Source: Nitrospiraceae bacterium (GTDB lineage Bacteria; Nitrospirota; Nitrospiria; Nitrospirales; Nitrospiraceae). Taken from it: a DNA stretch of 30,478 bases. Shown here one piece after another: positions 1 to 8,852 of this stretch. The notes under the pieces are model-generated. The model made no database searches. It saw only the letters and a program-made list of their open reading frames with translations, and was not told the DNA's origin. A program made the position numbers and the translations under genes. Location of the stretch: positions 1-30,478 of the forward strand of contig JAABQN010000003.1 of the NCBI GenBank assembly GCA_011391455.1. The letters are read 5' to 3'. Each line of letters starts with the position of its first letter. The first letter of the stretch is position 1.

Positions 1-31
1 CAAGACAGTTGCGAATTGCTCCCGACCCCGC

Positions 32-60
32 TTGACGGGTGGGTGGTTCCTCCGCATACT
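32..60 (+). promoter_or_regulatory. sigma70-type promoter of integrase
   Basis: TTGACG (32-37), 17-bp spacer, CATACT (55-60). Confidence 0.5.
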
Positions 61-108
61 CTCCCTCGGCGAAGTCGTGGTCGTGGCAGGGACCGGAGAG
101 GCAATGCC

Positions 109-1050
109 ATGACGCAACAGTTAGTGGATCTCGTGGAGCAGTTTTGTCAGTACCAGCTCAAACAGCGTGGCAAAACGGAAGGAGGGGTGCAAAGCTATCG
201 CTGGGTGCTCGAACAGTTTCTGATGTTCGTCAGATCCCGACATGGACGGTTGGCCCGCGCCACTGACCTCACGCTATCATCGATTCAGATGTGGATGGAC
301 GACATGGCTAGCTGTGATCTTGCCCTGAGTACGATGCGTTCGCGCCAATCCACGCTGTCGAGCTTCTGTGGTTGGCTCGTGAAGCGGGGCGTGCTTCAGG
401 CGAATCCCGTCGCGGCGATGGACCGACCACCGCACCGAATGGAACCACCGCGACAAGTGCCGACACCGGCCCTCATGGATGCGCTGATCGCAGCGGCCCA
501 GCAACGCCAGCGGCCTCGTGATATCGCGATCTTTCTGATCATGCGGTACACAGGGATGCGGCGCGAGTCGGTCGCAACGCTTCAGGTGCGACACCTCGAC
601 GGCACCTGGGGTTTGCGGCGGGTGCGCGTCAAAGGCGGACAGACGCGGGACATTCCGTTGCCGGAAAGTGTGATGGCGTATCTCCATACCTACGTCGAAC
701 GGTTGACTGACGCCGTGGGTCAGATCGGGCTGGAGACGCCGCTCTTCTGGTCTCTGTGGGGACGGCGGACCATTGGGAAGAGTCGAGCGCCGATGAAGGG
801 AAAAAACATCTGGCGGCTCTGCAAAACCTATGGGCGGCTCATTGGGTACCCGATGCTGAAACCCCATGATTTGCGGCATGGGGTCGCGATGGAAGTACTG
901 GAGCAACAGCATGACTTGGAACAGGTTCGGGCCTTGCTCGGGCATGCGCGCATCGATACGACCCAAATCTACACCATGATTCGGCCCTCGCATCTGAAGC
1001 AAGTGGTGTCGTTTTATGAAGAGCCGGCAAGACGGATGCTGACGAGTTAG
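109..1050 (+). CDS. tyrosine recombinase/integrase (XerC/D-like, ~313 aa)
   Basis: Catalytic set YTGMR, KGG, HDLRH, LLGH, TTQIY; ATG 109 follows GGAGAG; converges on tRNA 3' end. Confidence 0.92.
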   Translation: MTQQLVDLVEQFCQYQLKQRGKTEGGVQSYRWVLEQFLMFVRSRHGRLARATDLTLSSIQMWMDDMASCDLALSTMRSRQSTLSSFCGWLVKRGVLQANPVAAMDRPPHRMEPPRQVPTPALMDALIAAAQQRQRPRDIAIFLIMRYTGMRRESVATLQVRHLDGTWGLRRVRVKGGQTRDIPLPESVMAYLHTYVERLTDAVGQIGLETPLFWSLWGRRTIGKSRAPMKGKNIWRLCKTYGRLIGYPMLKPHDLRHGVAMEVLEQQHDLEQVRALLGHARIDTTQIYTMIRPSHLKQVVSFYEEPARRMLTS

Positions 1051-1066
1051 AGCAGAGGTGCCATTC

Positions 1067-1102
1067 CATGTTTAAGGACCAACCCAATGGTCCTCAAACA
1101 TG
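1067..1102. other. 15-bp inverted repeat (1 mismatch) between integrase and tRNA-Glu
   Basis: CATGTTTAAGGACCA-N6-TGGTCCTCAAACATG. Confidence 0.7.
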
Positions 1103-1129
1103 AAGGCAAAATACTTAACAATAACAATG

Positions 1130-1207
1130 TGGTGGTCCCAACGGGATTTGAACCCGTGTTTAAGCCTTGAGAGGGCTCCGTCCTAGGCCAGGCTAGACGA
1201 TGGGACC
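1130..1207 (-). tRNA. tRNA-Glu(CUC)
   Basis: GGTCCCA acceptor, GAGCC-CT CTC AA-GGCTT anticodon arm, TTCAAAT T-loop, encoded CCA. Confidence 0.97.
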
Positions 1208-1321
1208 AGACTGTCAATGATGAGGGATCGACCGGGCACAGTAGCATAGGGGCTTTTCACTTTTCAATTCCTACGATCCTGAGCAGTATTCAGGCCTCTG
1301 CACCGCTGGTTCACCCACGAC

Positions 1322-1350
1322 TTGACAGAGACGGTGGTATAGCCTACCTT
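1322..1350 (+). promoter_or_regulatory. sigma70-type promoter
   Basis: TTGACA (1322-1327), 17 bp, TACCTT (1345-1350). Confidence 0.5.
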
Positions 1351-1436
1351 GCGGAAAGTATAGGCGGCGAGCCTCTGGAAGAGGAAATTCTTCGGTCGTC
1401 GGCCTCTTCTTCCCAGCGGCAAACTCATGGTGGAAC

Positions 1437-1979
1437 ATGAACAACTCTCTTCAAGCTAAAGCTGTCGGCATCACAGACTCTCCAGAATTGATCGACATTG
1501 AGAAGCCTGAACAGGGCCTTGAGTTACACGTCGGTTCAAATGTGTTTCGAAACACGAACGGCGTCGTCAAACTGCAAGGCAAGGAGCAGTTGGTGGTGGA
1601 AACGCAACCCCAGCCATTGGCGTTGCTCCTGACGATGGACCTGTACGATGAGCAGGGAACCCGCATCGGCCATATCCGCCGGAATGCGCTCTCGGCACAT
1701 AGCGCGGCCCGCTTCATCATCAATATAAAGGCCAGTAGCGAGGCAATTCAGGACGATAATCCTTCAGTCACCGTCGCAGACCGAACAACTGGACACACGG
1801 TGTTTGAAGCCTGCCTTATGCAGAGAAGAAAAATTCGTATAGTTGTGGGGAATTTCTATACCCATAAAGGCGAATTAGTCACCGTCAGCCCACACTACTG
1901 CCGCATCGGCACCGGCCTCACTATTTTTGGCGATGTAGTGGAAAGCCGCGGCAGCACGGCGATTATCGGTTCCCAATGA
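1437..1979 (+). CDS. hypothetical protein, beta-rich, 180 aa
   Basis: Open frame with protein-like composition, GGTGGA before ATG, upstream promoter; no motif recognised. Confidence 0.7.
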   Translation: MNNSLQAKAVGITDSPELIDIEKPEQGLELHVGSNVFRNTNGVVKLQGKEQLVVETQPQPLALLLTMDLYDEQGTRIGHIRRNALSAHSAARFIINIKASSEAIQDDNPSVTVADRTTGHTVFEACLMQRRKIRIVVGNFYTHKGELVTVSPHYCRIGTGLTIFGDVVESRGSTAIIGSQ

Positions 1980-2189
1980 AGCTCCCCGCAGCAGCCTACT
2001 CCGCCGAAGTAGCCACTTCGGCTACGAAGGCCGGAAGCTGCGGGGTATCTTGCGAAATTCTCCGACCCGTCGGCCAGAGCCTTTGGGCGGCGTGCCGAAG
2101 CCACTACCCTCCTTCGCCAAGGCTACGGAGGGTTCTCCCCGCCTTCATCCCCGTAGCGAACTACGGGGTATTCGGCGGAGGAGAATAAA
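1975..2189. mobile_element. non-autonomous IS200/IS605-like palindromic element with nested mini-palindromes
   Basis: Two related hairpins: CCCCGCAGC(1984-1992)...GCTGCGGGG(2037-2045)TAT and CCCCGTAG-CGAA-CTACGGGG(2149-2168)TATT; no coding capacity. Confidence 0.65.
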
Positions 2190-2366
2190 CACCAGCTGTC
2201 ACTCATGTGTATCCGTTCCCTGGTCTTCCCCGCTCCTGGACACTACGAATTTCGCCTTCTCATGGAAGGGCATCTCATCGCTCAGAAAGATTTCAACGTG
2301 ATGCAGATCCCGCCCCACCAAACCGCGCAACGCTCGGTTCGCTCCGATGTTCCCTTCTCCGGATAA
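2190..2366 (+). pseudogene. 3' fragment of a DUF6941-like gene
   Basis: Frame reads ...IRSLVFPAPGHYEFRLLMEGHLIAQKDFNV...TAA 2364-2366, resembling the C-terminus of DUF6941-type proteins (recalled); begins right at the element end. Confidence 0.45.
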
Positions 2367-2456
2367 GCTCTTCTCCCGTACGCCACTCTTGTGATAGAAC
2401 AGCCCGCGACATCCAGCACGCACGTTTCTCATCCACAGAGGAGTTATCGTCCTATC

Positions 2457-4151
2457 GTGTCTGAACCGACTGGCGCTTCAAACTTTATCCGCGAGATAGT
2501 AGCCGCCGATCTCGCCGCCGGCAAACATGGCGGCCGAGTCGTGACGCGCTTTCCACCTGAACCCAATGGTTATCTCCATATCGGCCATGCAAAATCTATC
2601 TGTCTGAACTTTGGCTTGGCACACGATACCCCGGGCGGCATCTGCCACCTGCGATTCGACGATACCAATCCGACCACTGAAGATCCTGAGTACGTCCAGG
2701 CTATTCAGGACGATGTTCGATGGCTGGGGTTCGATTGGCAGGATAAGATGTTTTTTGCCTCAGATTACTTCGAGCAGCTGTACGATATTGCCGTCCGGCT
2801 GATCCGTAAGGGGAAAGCCTACGTCGACACGTTGACGGTCGAAGAGATGCGTGCCTATCGCGGCACACTCATGGAGCCGGGGGAAAACAGCCCTTCCCGG
2901 GACCGTTCGATTGAGGAGAATCTTGACCTTTTTCGAGCCATGCGAGCCGGGGAATTCGCCGACGGGACCCACGTCCTTCGAGCCAAGATCGACATGGCCT
3001 CACCCAATATCAACCTGCGAGACCCGGTCCTCTATCGCATCAGGCACGCGACGCATTATCGCACAGGGAGCACCTGGCGCCTGTACCCGGCCTACGACTA
3101 TGCGCATCCCCTCTCGGACGCGATCGAGGGGATCACGCACTCCATCTGCACCCTGGAATTTGAAGATCATCGGCCTCTCTACAATTGGGTCGTTGAGCAG
3201 GCTGAAGCGCCGCACCAGCCGCAGCAGATTGAATTTGCTCGCTTGAATCTCACCTATACTGTCTTGAGCAAAAGGAAACTGCTCGAGTCGGTCGAAAAGA
3301 AATTAGTGAGCGGATGGGATGACCCACGACTGCCGACGATCAAGGGACTTCGCCGCCGCGGGTATACTCCGGAAGCGATTCGGGCCTTCTGCGACCATAT
3401 TGGCGTCGCCAAGCGCGAGGCCATCGTCGAGATGCAGCTGCTCGAGCACTTTGTTCGCGAAGACCTGAACAAGCGCGCCCCCCGAGTGATGGCCGTGTTG
3501 CGTCCACTCAAAATCATCCTTGATAACTATCCTGATGACCAGCCTGAAGAATTGGAAGCCGTCAACAATCCGGAGGATTCGTCCGCAGGGACGAGGAAAG
3601 TCCCCTTCTCACGCGTCCTCTATATTGAGCAGGACGATTTCCGTGAAGATCCGCCCAAACAATTCTTCCGGCTCGCCCCAGGACGCGAAGTGCGGCTCCG
3701 GTACGCCTACATTATCAAATGTGTCGGGGTGACCAAGGATCCGCAGACCGGCGAGGTCACCGAACTCCATTGCACCTACGACCCCACGACCAAGAGCGGC
3801 GCTTCACAGGAACAGCGCAAGGTCAAGGCCACCATCCATTGGGTCTCTGCGGCCCATGCTGTGAAAGCCGAAGTCCGTCTCTACAACCCCCTCTTGGTGA
3901 TGGATCTTACGAAGATGCCGCCAGACCACGATTGGACAACCTATCTCAACCCCAACTCATTGGAGCAAATCACGGGCTGCCTAGTTGAGCCCAGTTTGCG
4001 GCAGACAGTGCCGGGCACGCGGTACCAATTCGAGCGCCTGGGATACTTCTGTACCGACACTGATTCAGCTTCCGGCGCACTGATATTTAACCGTACTGTG
4101 CCGCTTAAAGACGCCTGGGCCAAGATTGAAAAGGCTCAGCCACCCCGGTAA
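2457..4151 (+). CDS. glnS: glutamine--tRNA ligase
   Basis: [17 protein letters not shown] (HIGH), [13 protein letters not shown]; GTG start after AGAGGAG. Confidence 0.96.
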   Translation: MSEPTGASNFIREIVAADLAAGKHGGRVVTRFPPEPNGYLHIGHAKSICLNFGLAHDTPGGICHLRFDDTNPTTEDPEYVQAIQDDVRWLGFDWQDKMFFASDYFEQLYDIAVRLIRKGKAYVDTLTVEEMRAYRGTLMEPGENSPSRDRSIEENLDLFRAMRAGEFADGTHVLRAKIDMASPNINLRDPVLYRIRHATHYRTGSTWRLYPAYDYAHPLSDAIEGITHSICTLEFEDHRPLYNWVVEQAEAPHQPQQIEFARLNLTYTVLSKRKLLESVEKKLVSGWDDPRLPTIKGLRRRGYTPEAIRAFCDHIGVAKREAIVEMQLLEHFVREDLNKRAPRVMAVLRPLKIILDNYPDDQPEELEAVNNPEDSSAGTRKVPFSRVLYIEQDDFREDPPKQFFRLAPGREVRLRYAYIIKCVGVTKDPQTGEVTELHCTYDPTTKSGASQEQRKVKATIHWVSAAHAVKAEVRLYNPLLVMDLTKMPPDHDWTTYLNPNSLEQITGCLVEPSLRQTVPGTRYQFERLGYFCTDTDSASGALIFNRTVPLKDAWAKIEKAQPPR

Positions 4152-4229
4152 CAAACCGACGCGACACATTAGATCCGCCCGAGTTGGTTCCTGACCGATT
4201 TTCAGACTCAGCATAGTATAATGCTGGGC

Positions 4230-4442
4230 ATGATCTGTCCCCTCTGTCGACAACCCAGCACATGGGAAGGCAATTCCTGGCGACCCTTTTGCTCGGAACG
4301 ATGTCAAGTGACTGACCTCGGCGCCTGGGCAACGGAACGGTATCGCATACCCGACTCCACTCTCACGATGGACACCTCGCTCCCAGACTCTTTGGAGGGA
4401 GGCGATGACTCAGAGGCACAGCAAGACGATGAAGCTCAATAG
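4230..4442 (+). CDS. yacG: DNA gyrase inhibitor YacG
   Basis: CPLC...[21 protein letters not shown] zinc-finger signature; start could alternatively be 4221. Confidence 0.9.
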   Translation: MICPLCRQPSTWEGNSWRPFCSERCQVTDLGAWATERYRIPDSTLTMDTSLPDSLEGGDDSEAQQDDEAQ

Positions 4443-4531
4443 TCCATCTAATAATTCCATTGGCGGTATCTGATAAATAACATCTGCGCGAGCCGCTGAT
4501 TGGCGCCGGCCTTGTTCACACCGTTTCGGGG

Positions 4532-4560
4532 TTGGCAAGCCCAGAGTATCTTGCTATGGT
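4532..4560 (+). promoter_or_regulatory. sigma70-type promoter (extended -10) of alcohol dehydrogenase
   Basis: TTGGCA, 17 bp, TGc-TATGGT. Confidence 0.45.
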
Positions 4561-4599
4561 CACGGTCGAACCAGGCCCTCTCACAAAGGAACATGAGCC

Positions 4600-5643
4600 A
4601 TGCTGTTGACCCAAGGCTACGCCGCGATGTCCGCTAAGGCCGCCCTGCAACCCTTTTCGTTCGGGCGGCGTGAGGTCGGCCCTCAAGACGTGCTCATTAC
4701 CATCACCCACTGTGGCATCTGCCACTCGGATATTCATCAAGCCCGTGACGAATGGGGTGGATCGATTTTCCCCATGGTGCCAGGTCATGAAATCGTCGGT
4801 GCCGTGGCACGAGTTGGATCTGCGGTGACGAAATTCAAGACGAGCGACCGCGTTGGCGTTGGCTGCTTCGTCGATTCCTGCCGAACCTGTCCCGCCTGTC
4901 GTGAGGGATCAGAGCAGTACTGCGAAGCCGGCATGCTCCTTACTTACAGCGGCCGCGATAAAGACGGCCTGCCTACTCAGGGCGGTTACTCCACGCAGAT
5001 TGTTGTGAATGAAGATTACGTGCTGCGGATTCCTTCAGCCCTGTCGCCTGCCGGAGCAGCCCCACTTTTATGCGCCGGAATCACGACCTACTCCCCGCTT
5101 CGCCATTGGGGCGTAGGAAAATATCACAAGCTGGCAGTTGTAGGTTTGGGCGGGCTTGGGCATATGGCCGTCAAGATTGCCAAGGCGATGGGTACAGAGG
5201 TCACAGTCCTGAGCACATCGGAGAAAAAGCGGCATGATGCAATACGATTAGGCGCTACCGAGTTCGCGCTCACCACGCAACACGATACCTTCACGCGACT
5301 ACAACGCCGTTTCGATTTCATCCTTGATACTGTCTCTGCTCCGCATAACTACAATGATTATGTGAATCTGTTAAAAACCGACGGGACCATGATTTTGGTG
5401 GGTGTGCCGGACAAGCCGACGCTACTAGAACCGTTCCCGCTCATTCTACATCGCCGCCGTATCGCCGGGTCGGTGATCGGGGGTATCAGAGAAACTCAAG
5501 CAATGCTCGACTTCTGCGCCACTCACAACATCGAGTCCGACGTTGAAGTCATTCCGATTCAACAAGTAAACGAAGCCTACGAGCGAGTGCTCAAGGGGGA
5601 TGTACGGTTTCGGTTTGTCATCGATCTAGGATCGCTGAAGTAG
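4600..5643 (+). CDS. Zn-dependent NAD(P) alcohol dehydrogenase (cinnamyl-ADH/YahK family)
   Basis: CGICHSD, GHE, C-x2-C-x2-C-x7-C structural Zn site, GLGGLG. Confidence 0.93.
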   Translation: MLLTQGYAAMSAKAALQPFSFGRREVGPQDVLITITHCGICHSDIHQARDEWGGSIFPMVPGHEIVGAVARVGSAVTKFKTSDRVGVGCFVDSCRTCPACREGSEQYCEAGMLLTYSGRDKDGLPTQGGYSTQIVVNEDYVLRIPSALSPAGAAPLLCAGITTYSPLRHWGVGKYHKLAVVGLGGLGHMAVKIAKAMGTEVTVLSTSEKKRHDAIRLGATEFALTTQHDTFTRLQRRFDFILDTVSAPHNYNDYVNLLKTDGTMILVGVPDKPTLLEPFPLILHRRRIAGSVIGGIRETQAMLDFCATHNIESDVEVIPIQQVNEAYERVLKGDVRFRFVIDLGSLK

Positions 5644-5665
5644 CAACGGGGCAGTCGGGGGAAAG

Positions 5666-5739
5666 TGGCTGGGGGACTAGGAATCGAACCTAGGTAGCCG
5701 GCTCCAAAGGCCGGCGTCCTACCGCTAGACGATCCCCCA
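5666..5739 (-). tRNA. tRNA-Gln(UUG)
   Basis: TGGGGGA acceptor, CCGGC-CT TTG GA-GCCGG, TTCGATT T-loop, CCA. Confidence 0.97.
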
Positions 5740-5793
5740 GCGCGGTACGGAACCGAGACAACGATCTTGATGGTGACGGCGTGGAAATGTTAT

Positions 5794-5867
5794 TGGCTGG
5801 GGGACTAGGAATCGAACCTAGGTAGTCAGATCCAGAGACTGACGTCCTACCGCTAGACGATCCCCCA
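5794..5867 (-). tRNA. tRNA-Gln(CUG)
   Basis: Identical to the UUG gene except anticodon arm TCAGT-CT CTG GA-TCTGA; CCA. Confidence 0.96.
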
Positions 5868-5877
5868 ACCGATGTTC

Positions 5878-5907
5878 ACAGTAATATACAGGTTGCGGTT
5901 TCGTCAA
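5878..5907 (-). promoter_or_regulatory. putative promoter for tRNA-Gln pair
   Basis: TTGACG (5907-5902), 18 bp, TACTGT (5883-5878), ~10 nt before tRNA start. Confidence 0.4.
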
Positions 5908-5937
5908 GATTGGTACTGATAGATTCAAGAAACTGCC

Positions 5938-7353
5938 TCACGCTCGGGAGGCGCGCTCGACCCCCTGGCGGAGCCGTAACAAGGTTCGGTCTCGCCCCAA
6001 CACCTCTATCACGTCGAACAGGCCAGGGCTGGCTGTACGACCGGTCAGGGCCACGCGAACCGGCTGGGCCAGCTGTCCCATCTTCACTCCCTCTTCTTCG
6101 ACCAGCTGCTTGAAGGCTTCTTCCCATGTCTGTTTTGAGAAGATCGGGAGAGACTCGAAGCGAGTGAGCAGCTTGCCGAGAATCGGCGCGATGGCCGGCG
6201 TCAAAAACTTCTTTGCCGCCTCTTCGTCGAACGTCACGGTTTGCCCAAAATACGGCCTTACCCACTCGACCATCTCCACGAGCGTCTTTGCCCGCTCCTT
6301 TACGAGGACGACGAGTTGCGCGAGCCAGCCGGCTGAAGCAACCAGGACATCATCGGTTAACCCTGCTGCTTCCAAGAGGGGAACAAGCGCCTGAGCGACC
6401 TGGGCCGGCGGACTGACCTTGATATATTCCGCATTGACCCAGAGCAGCTTCTCGGGATTGAATACAGCTGCGGACGTTTGGACGCTCTTCCAGGAAAATT
6501 TCTCGATCAGCTCCTGGCGAGTGAAGAGTTCCTGGTCTCCGTGTGACCACCCAAGCCGAACGAGATAATTCACCATCGCATCCGGCAGATATCCCATGTC
6601 TTTATAGGCCATGATCGAGGTGGCCCCATGCCGCTTCGAAAGACGGGTTTTGTCCGAGCCGAGAATCATCGGCAGATGCCCGAACTGAGGGACTGGAAAC
6701 CCAAGCGCTTGGAAGATCGGAACCTGACGCGGTGTGTTGGTGAGGTGATCGTCTCCCCGCACTACGTGAGTAATGTTCATCAACGCATCATCAACCACCA
6801 CTGAAAAATTGTATGTCGGGTAGCCGTTCGACCGGAGAATGATTAGATCGTCCTGCACAGCGTTATCAAAGACAATCTTGCCCTTGATGAGGTCGTCGAC
6901 TACAGTCTCTCCCTCTTGCGGAGCCCTGAAACGCAGGGCCGCATTGCCGACCGGATTTGTAAGGCCTCGATCACGGCAACGGCCGTCATATTTCTGCGGC
7001 AGTCCCTTGACCTCGGCTTCCTTACGCCGCGCGTCAAGCTCTTCCGCTTTGCAGTGACACCAATAGGCATGGCCATTTTTAAGAAGCTGCTTCGCATGAC
7101 TACTGTAGAGATCCATCCGCTCGGTCTGACGAAATGGGCCTTCATCCCAATCAAGCCCCACCCATTTCATGCCTTCGATGATGGCCTGGATCGATTCGTC
7201 CGTCGACCGACTCTGATCCGTATCCTCAATGCGGAGAATGAAAACACCCTTCTGCTGGCGGGCAAAGAGCCAATTAAATAGCGCTGTGCGGACCCCTCCA
7301 ATATGAAGAAACCCGGTCGGACTGGGCGCGAAGCGCACACGGACTTGTGTCAT
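5938..7353 (-). CDS. gltX: glutamate--tRNA ligase
   Basis: RFAPSPTGFLHIGG, LRIEDTD, RGDDH, LSKRHG. Confidence 0.97.
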   Translation of the reverse strand: MTQVRVRFAPSPTGFLHIGGVRTALFNWLFARQQKGVFILRIEDTDQSRSTDESIQAIIEGMKWVGLDWDEGPFRQTERMDLYSSHAKQLLKNGHAYWCHCKAEELDARRKEAEVKGLPQKYDGRCRDRGLTNPVGNAALRFRAPQEGETVVDDLIKGKIVFDNAVQDDLIILRSNGYPTYNFSVVVDDALMNITHVVRGDDHLTNTPRQVPIFQALGFPVPQFGHLPMILGSDKTRLSKRHGATSIMAYKDMGYLPDAMVNYLVRLGWSHGDQELFTRQELIEKFSWKSVQTSAAVFNPEKLLWVNAEYIKVSPPAQVAQALVPLLEAAGLTDDVLVASAGWLAQLVVLVKERAKTLVEMVEWVRPYFGQTVTFDEEAAKKFLTPAIAPILGKLLTRFESLPIFSKQTWEEAFKQLVEEEGVKMGQLAQPVRVALTGRTASPGLFDVIEVLGRDRTLLRLRQGVERASRA

Positions 7354-7487
7354 ACTGGATCCCCGTGAGTTCAGTCAAAGGCCGGTATCTCTATAGCATG
7401 CAGGGAAAACTGTTGTACAGAATCGACCGACTCATGGTTCTTTCATCTGTGCCAGCCTTCTGATAAGAGAGCAGGAGGGGGATCGTT

Positions 7488-8192
7488 ATGGCGGAATTCA
7501 CGCAGCCGGCCACGGTGCTTTCGGTCACCGATCTGACCCCCCATGTTCGCCAACTCGTCCTGCTTCCACAAACACAGAAGATTCCGTTCCAACCCGGTCA
7601 GTGGGTTTCGTTGAAGCTACCTGTCGGCCCCAAGCCCCCGCTCAACCGGGCCTATTCACTTGCCGCGCCGAGCACAGCCTCGGGCGAACTCACATTGGTG
7701 TTCGATCGTGTAATGAAGGGGCTGGGATCCGGATATCTCTACACCCTCAAGCCTGGCGATGAGGTCATGCTCTCAGGCCCCTATGGAAACTTCACGCTCC
7801 CGCAGCAACTTGACCGCGACCTCGTATTCATCGCCCGTTACACCGGCCTCGTTCCGATCCGCTGCATGTTGAAACACCTCTATGCGCAGCGACAGATAGC
7901 GACCATTCTCCTCATTGCCGTTGCCCCCGCGGAGGAAGAACTGTTCTTTCATCAGGAACTGCTCACGCTGGCCGTGACCCATCCAGGGTTTCGCTATCTT
8001 CCTTTGGTGGCTGCAGGAGGGGAACAGCAGGGCATCGACCTCACGCTCTCCATGCTCAGGCCGTTGATTGAGGGAATGCCGAAAGTGATTCCGATGCTGT
8101 GCGGCACGAAAGGCTTTGCGCGACCGCTACGAGCCTATTTTGTGGAGGTAGGATATGACCGGAAAGAAGTGAAGATCGAGACGTATGATTGA
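7488..8192 (+). CDS. FAD-binding oxidoreductase, ferredoxin-NADP reductase-like
   Basis: FQPGQW, RAYS, GxGS, GPYG, TGxxP, CG near C-terminus. Confidence 0.85.
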   Translation: MAEFTQPATVLSVTDLTPHVRQLVLLPQTQKIPFQPGQWVSLKLPVGPKPPLNRAYSLAAPSTASGELTLVFDRVMKGLGSGYLYTLKPGDEVMLSGPYGNFTLPQQLDRDLVFIARYTGLVPIRCMLKHLYAQRQIATILLIAVAPAEEELFFHQELLTLAVTHPGFRYLPLVAAGGEQQGIDLTLSMLRPLIEGMPKVIPMLCGTKGFARPLRAYFVEVGYDRKEVKIETYD

Positions 8193-8197
8193 AAAAT

Positions 8198-8278
8198 GTC
8201 ATTGGTCAATGGCCACTGGAAAGTAATCGACCCGGTCCGTTCTCGCTCACGAATGACAAATGACGCTTGACCAGTGAC
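8198..8278. repeat. inverted arrays of 7-bp tandem repeats
   Basis: GTCATTG GTCAATG GCCACTG ... GAATGAC AAATGAC GCTTGAC CAGTGAC between convergent genes. Confidence 0.75.
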
Positions 8279-8287
8279 CTGTTTTCC

Positions 8288-8704
8288 TCAGTGGCCTTCC
8301 TTGACGAGATTCTTATTGACCGCCGGGATTTCGACTACAATATCCTTCGTGCCATTCGGCACACATTGGCAACCGAGCCGTGACTGCAACGTGGTGATCG
8401 GCGCTTGTTCTAGCTGGTCAAACTCATCGTCTGTGCCTTCGTTACAGCTTTCAAGCCCTTGTTTCACAATGACGTGGCAGGTTGAACAGGCACAGACGCC
8501 CCCGCAGACATGTTCCAGTGCAACCCCATTGCCCATCGCCACATCCAGAAGGCTCCCGGGAAGCCCCGTCGGGCCGTAAGGAATCTTGGCTGGGTCGACC
8601 TCAATTTTCGTCACCACACCGCCTGGGCCGATAAAGGTGACGGTATAGGCTTTCCGGGGAAGCTCGTAATCAGTTTTTTCAATATAGGGATTGGTTCCGC
8701 CCAT
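8288..8704 (-). CDS. fdx: [2Fe-2S] ferredoxin, ISC/adrenodoxin type
   Basis: CGGVCACSTCHV and RLGCQ. Confidence 0.92.
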   Translation of the reverse strand: MGGTNPYIEKTDYELPRKAYTVTFIGPGGVVTKIEVDPAKIPYGPTGLPGSLLDVAMGNGVALEHVCGGVCACSTCHVIVKQGLESCNEGTDDEFDQLEQAPITTLQSRLGCQCVPNGTKDIVVEIPAVNKNLVKEGH

Positions 8705-8761
8705 ATATCCGTTCCTTTCTCAACTCTCAACCGAACCCAGGCGTATTTTTATGTCACGCTG

Positions 8762-8791
8762 TTGACAGGTTCGAAACCCGCGTGGTACTCT
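8762..8791 (+). promoter_or_regulatory. isc operon promoter
   Basis: TTGACA, 18 bp, TGg-TACTCT extended -10. Confidence 0.6.
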
Positions 8792-8795
8792 TAGT

Positions 8796-8844
8796 ACGAC
8801 CTTATTGATCGGAGATCATTATAGTCTCCGACCTTAGCGATCGG
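8796..8844 (+). promoter_or_regulatory. two tandem Rrf2/IscR-like operator boxes
   Basis: ACGACCTTATTGATCGG (8796-8812) and CCGACCTTAGCGATCGG (8828-8844), 32 bp apart. Confidence 0.6.
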
Positions 8845-8852
8845 CAATAGCA

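Noticed and set aside
1408-1465. GGCAAAC-hairpin-GCTAAAGC resembling a c-di-GMP-I riboswitch
   Set aside because: 14-nt gap where GGAC-like junction is expected, and it overlaps the start of ORF 1437; more likely a short hairpin over the RBS. An Infernal search with RF01051 would settle it.
4600-5666. ADH gene as an island at the tRNA-Gln 3' end
   Set aside because: No att duplicate or mobility gene on the left side.
5666-5867. Direct repeat suggesting an att duplication or CRISPR-like repeat
   Set aside because: Both copies are complete tRNA-Gln isoacceptors.
8198-8278. Short repeats as a CRISPR array
   Set aside because: 7-bp degenerate units with no 25-45 bp repeat/spacer pattern and no cas genes; same for the other arrays.
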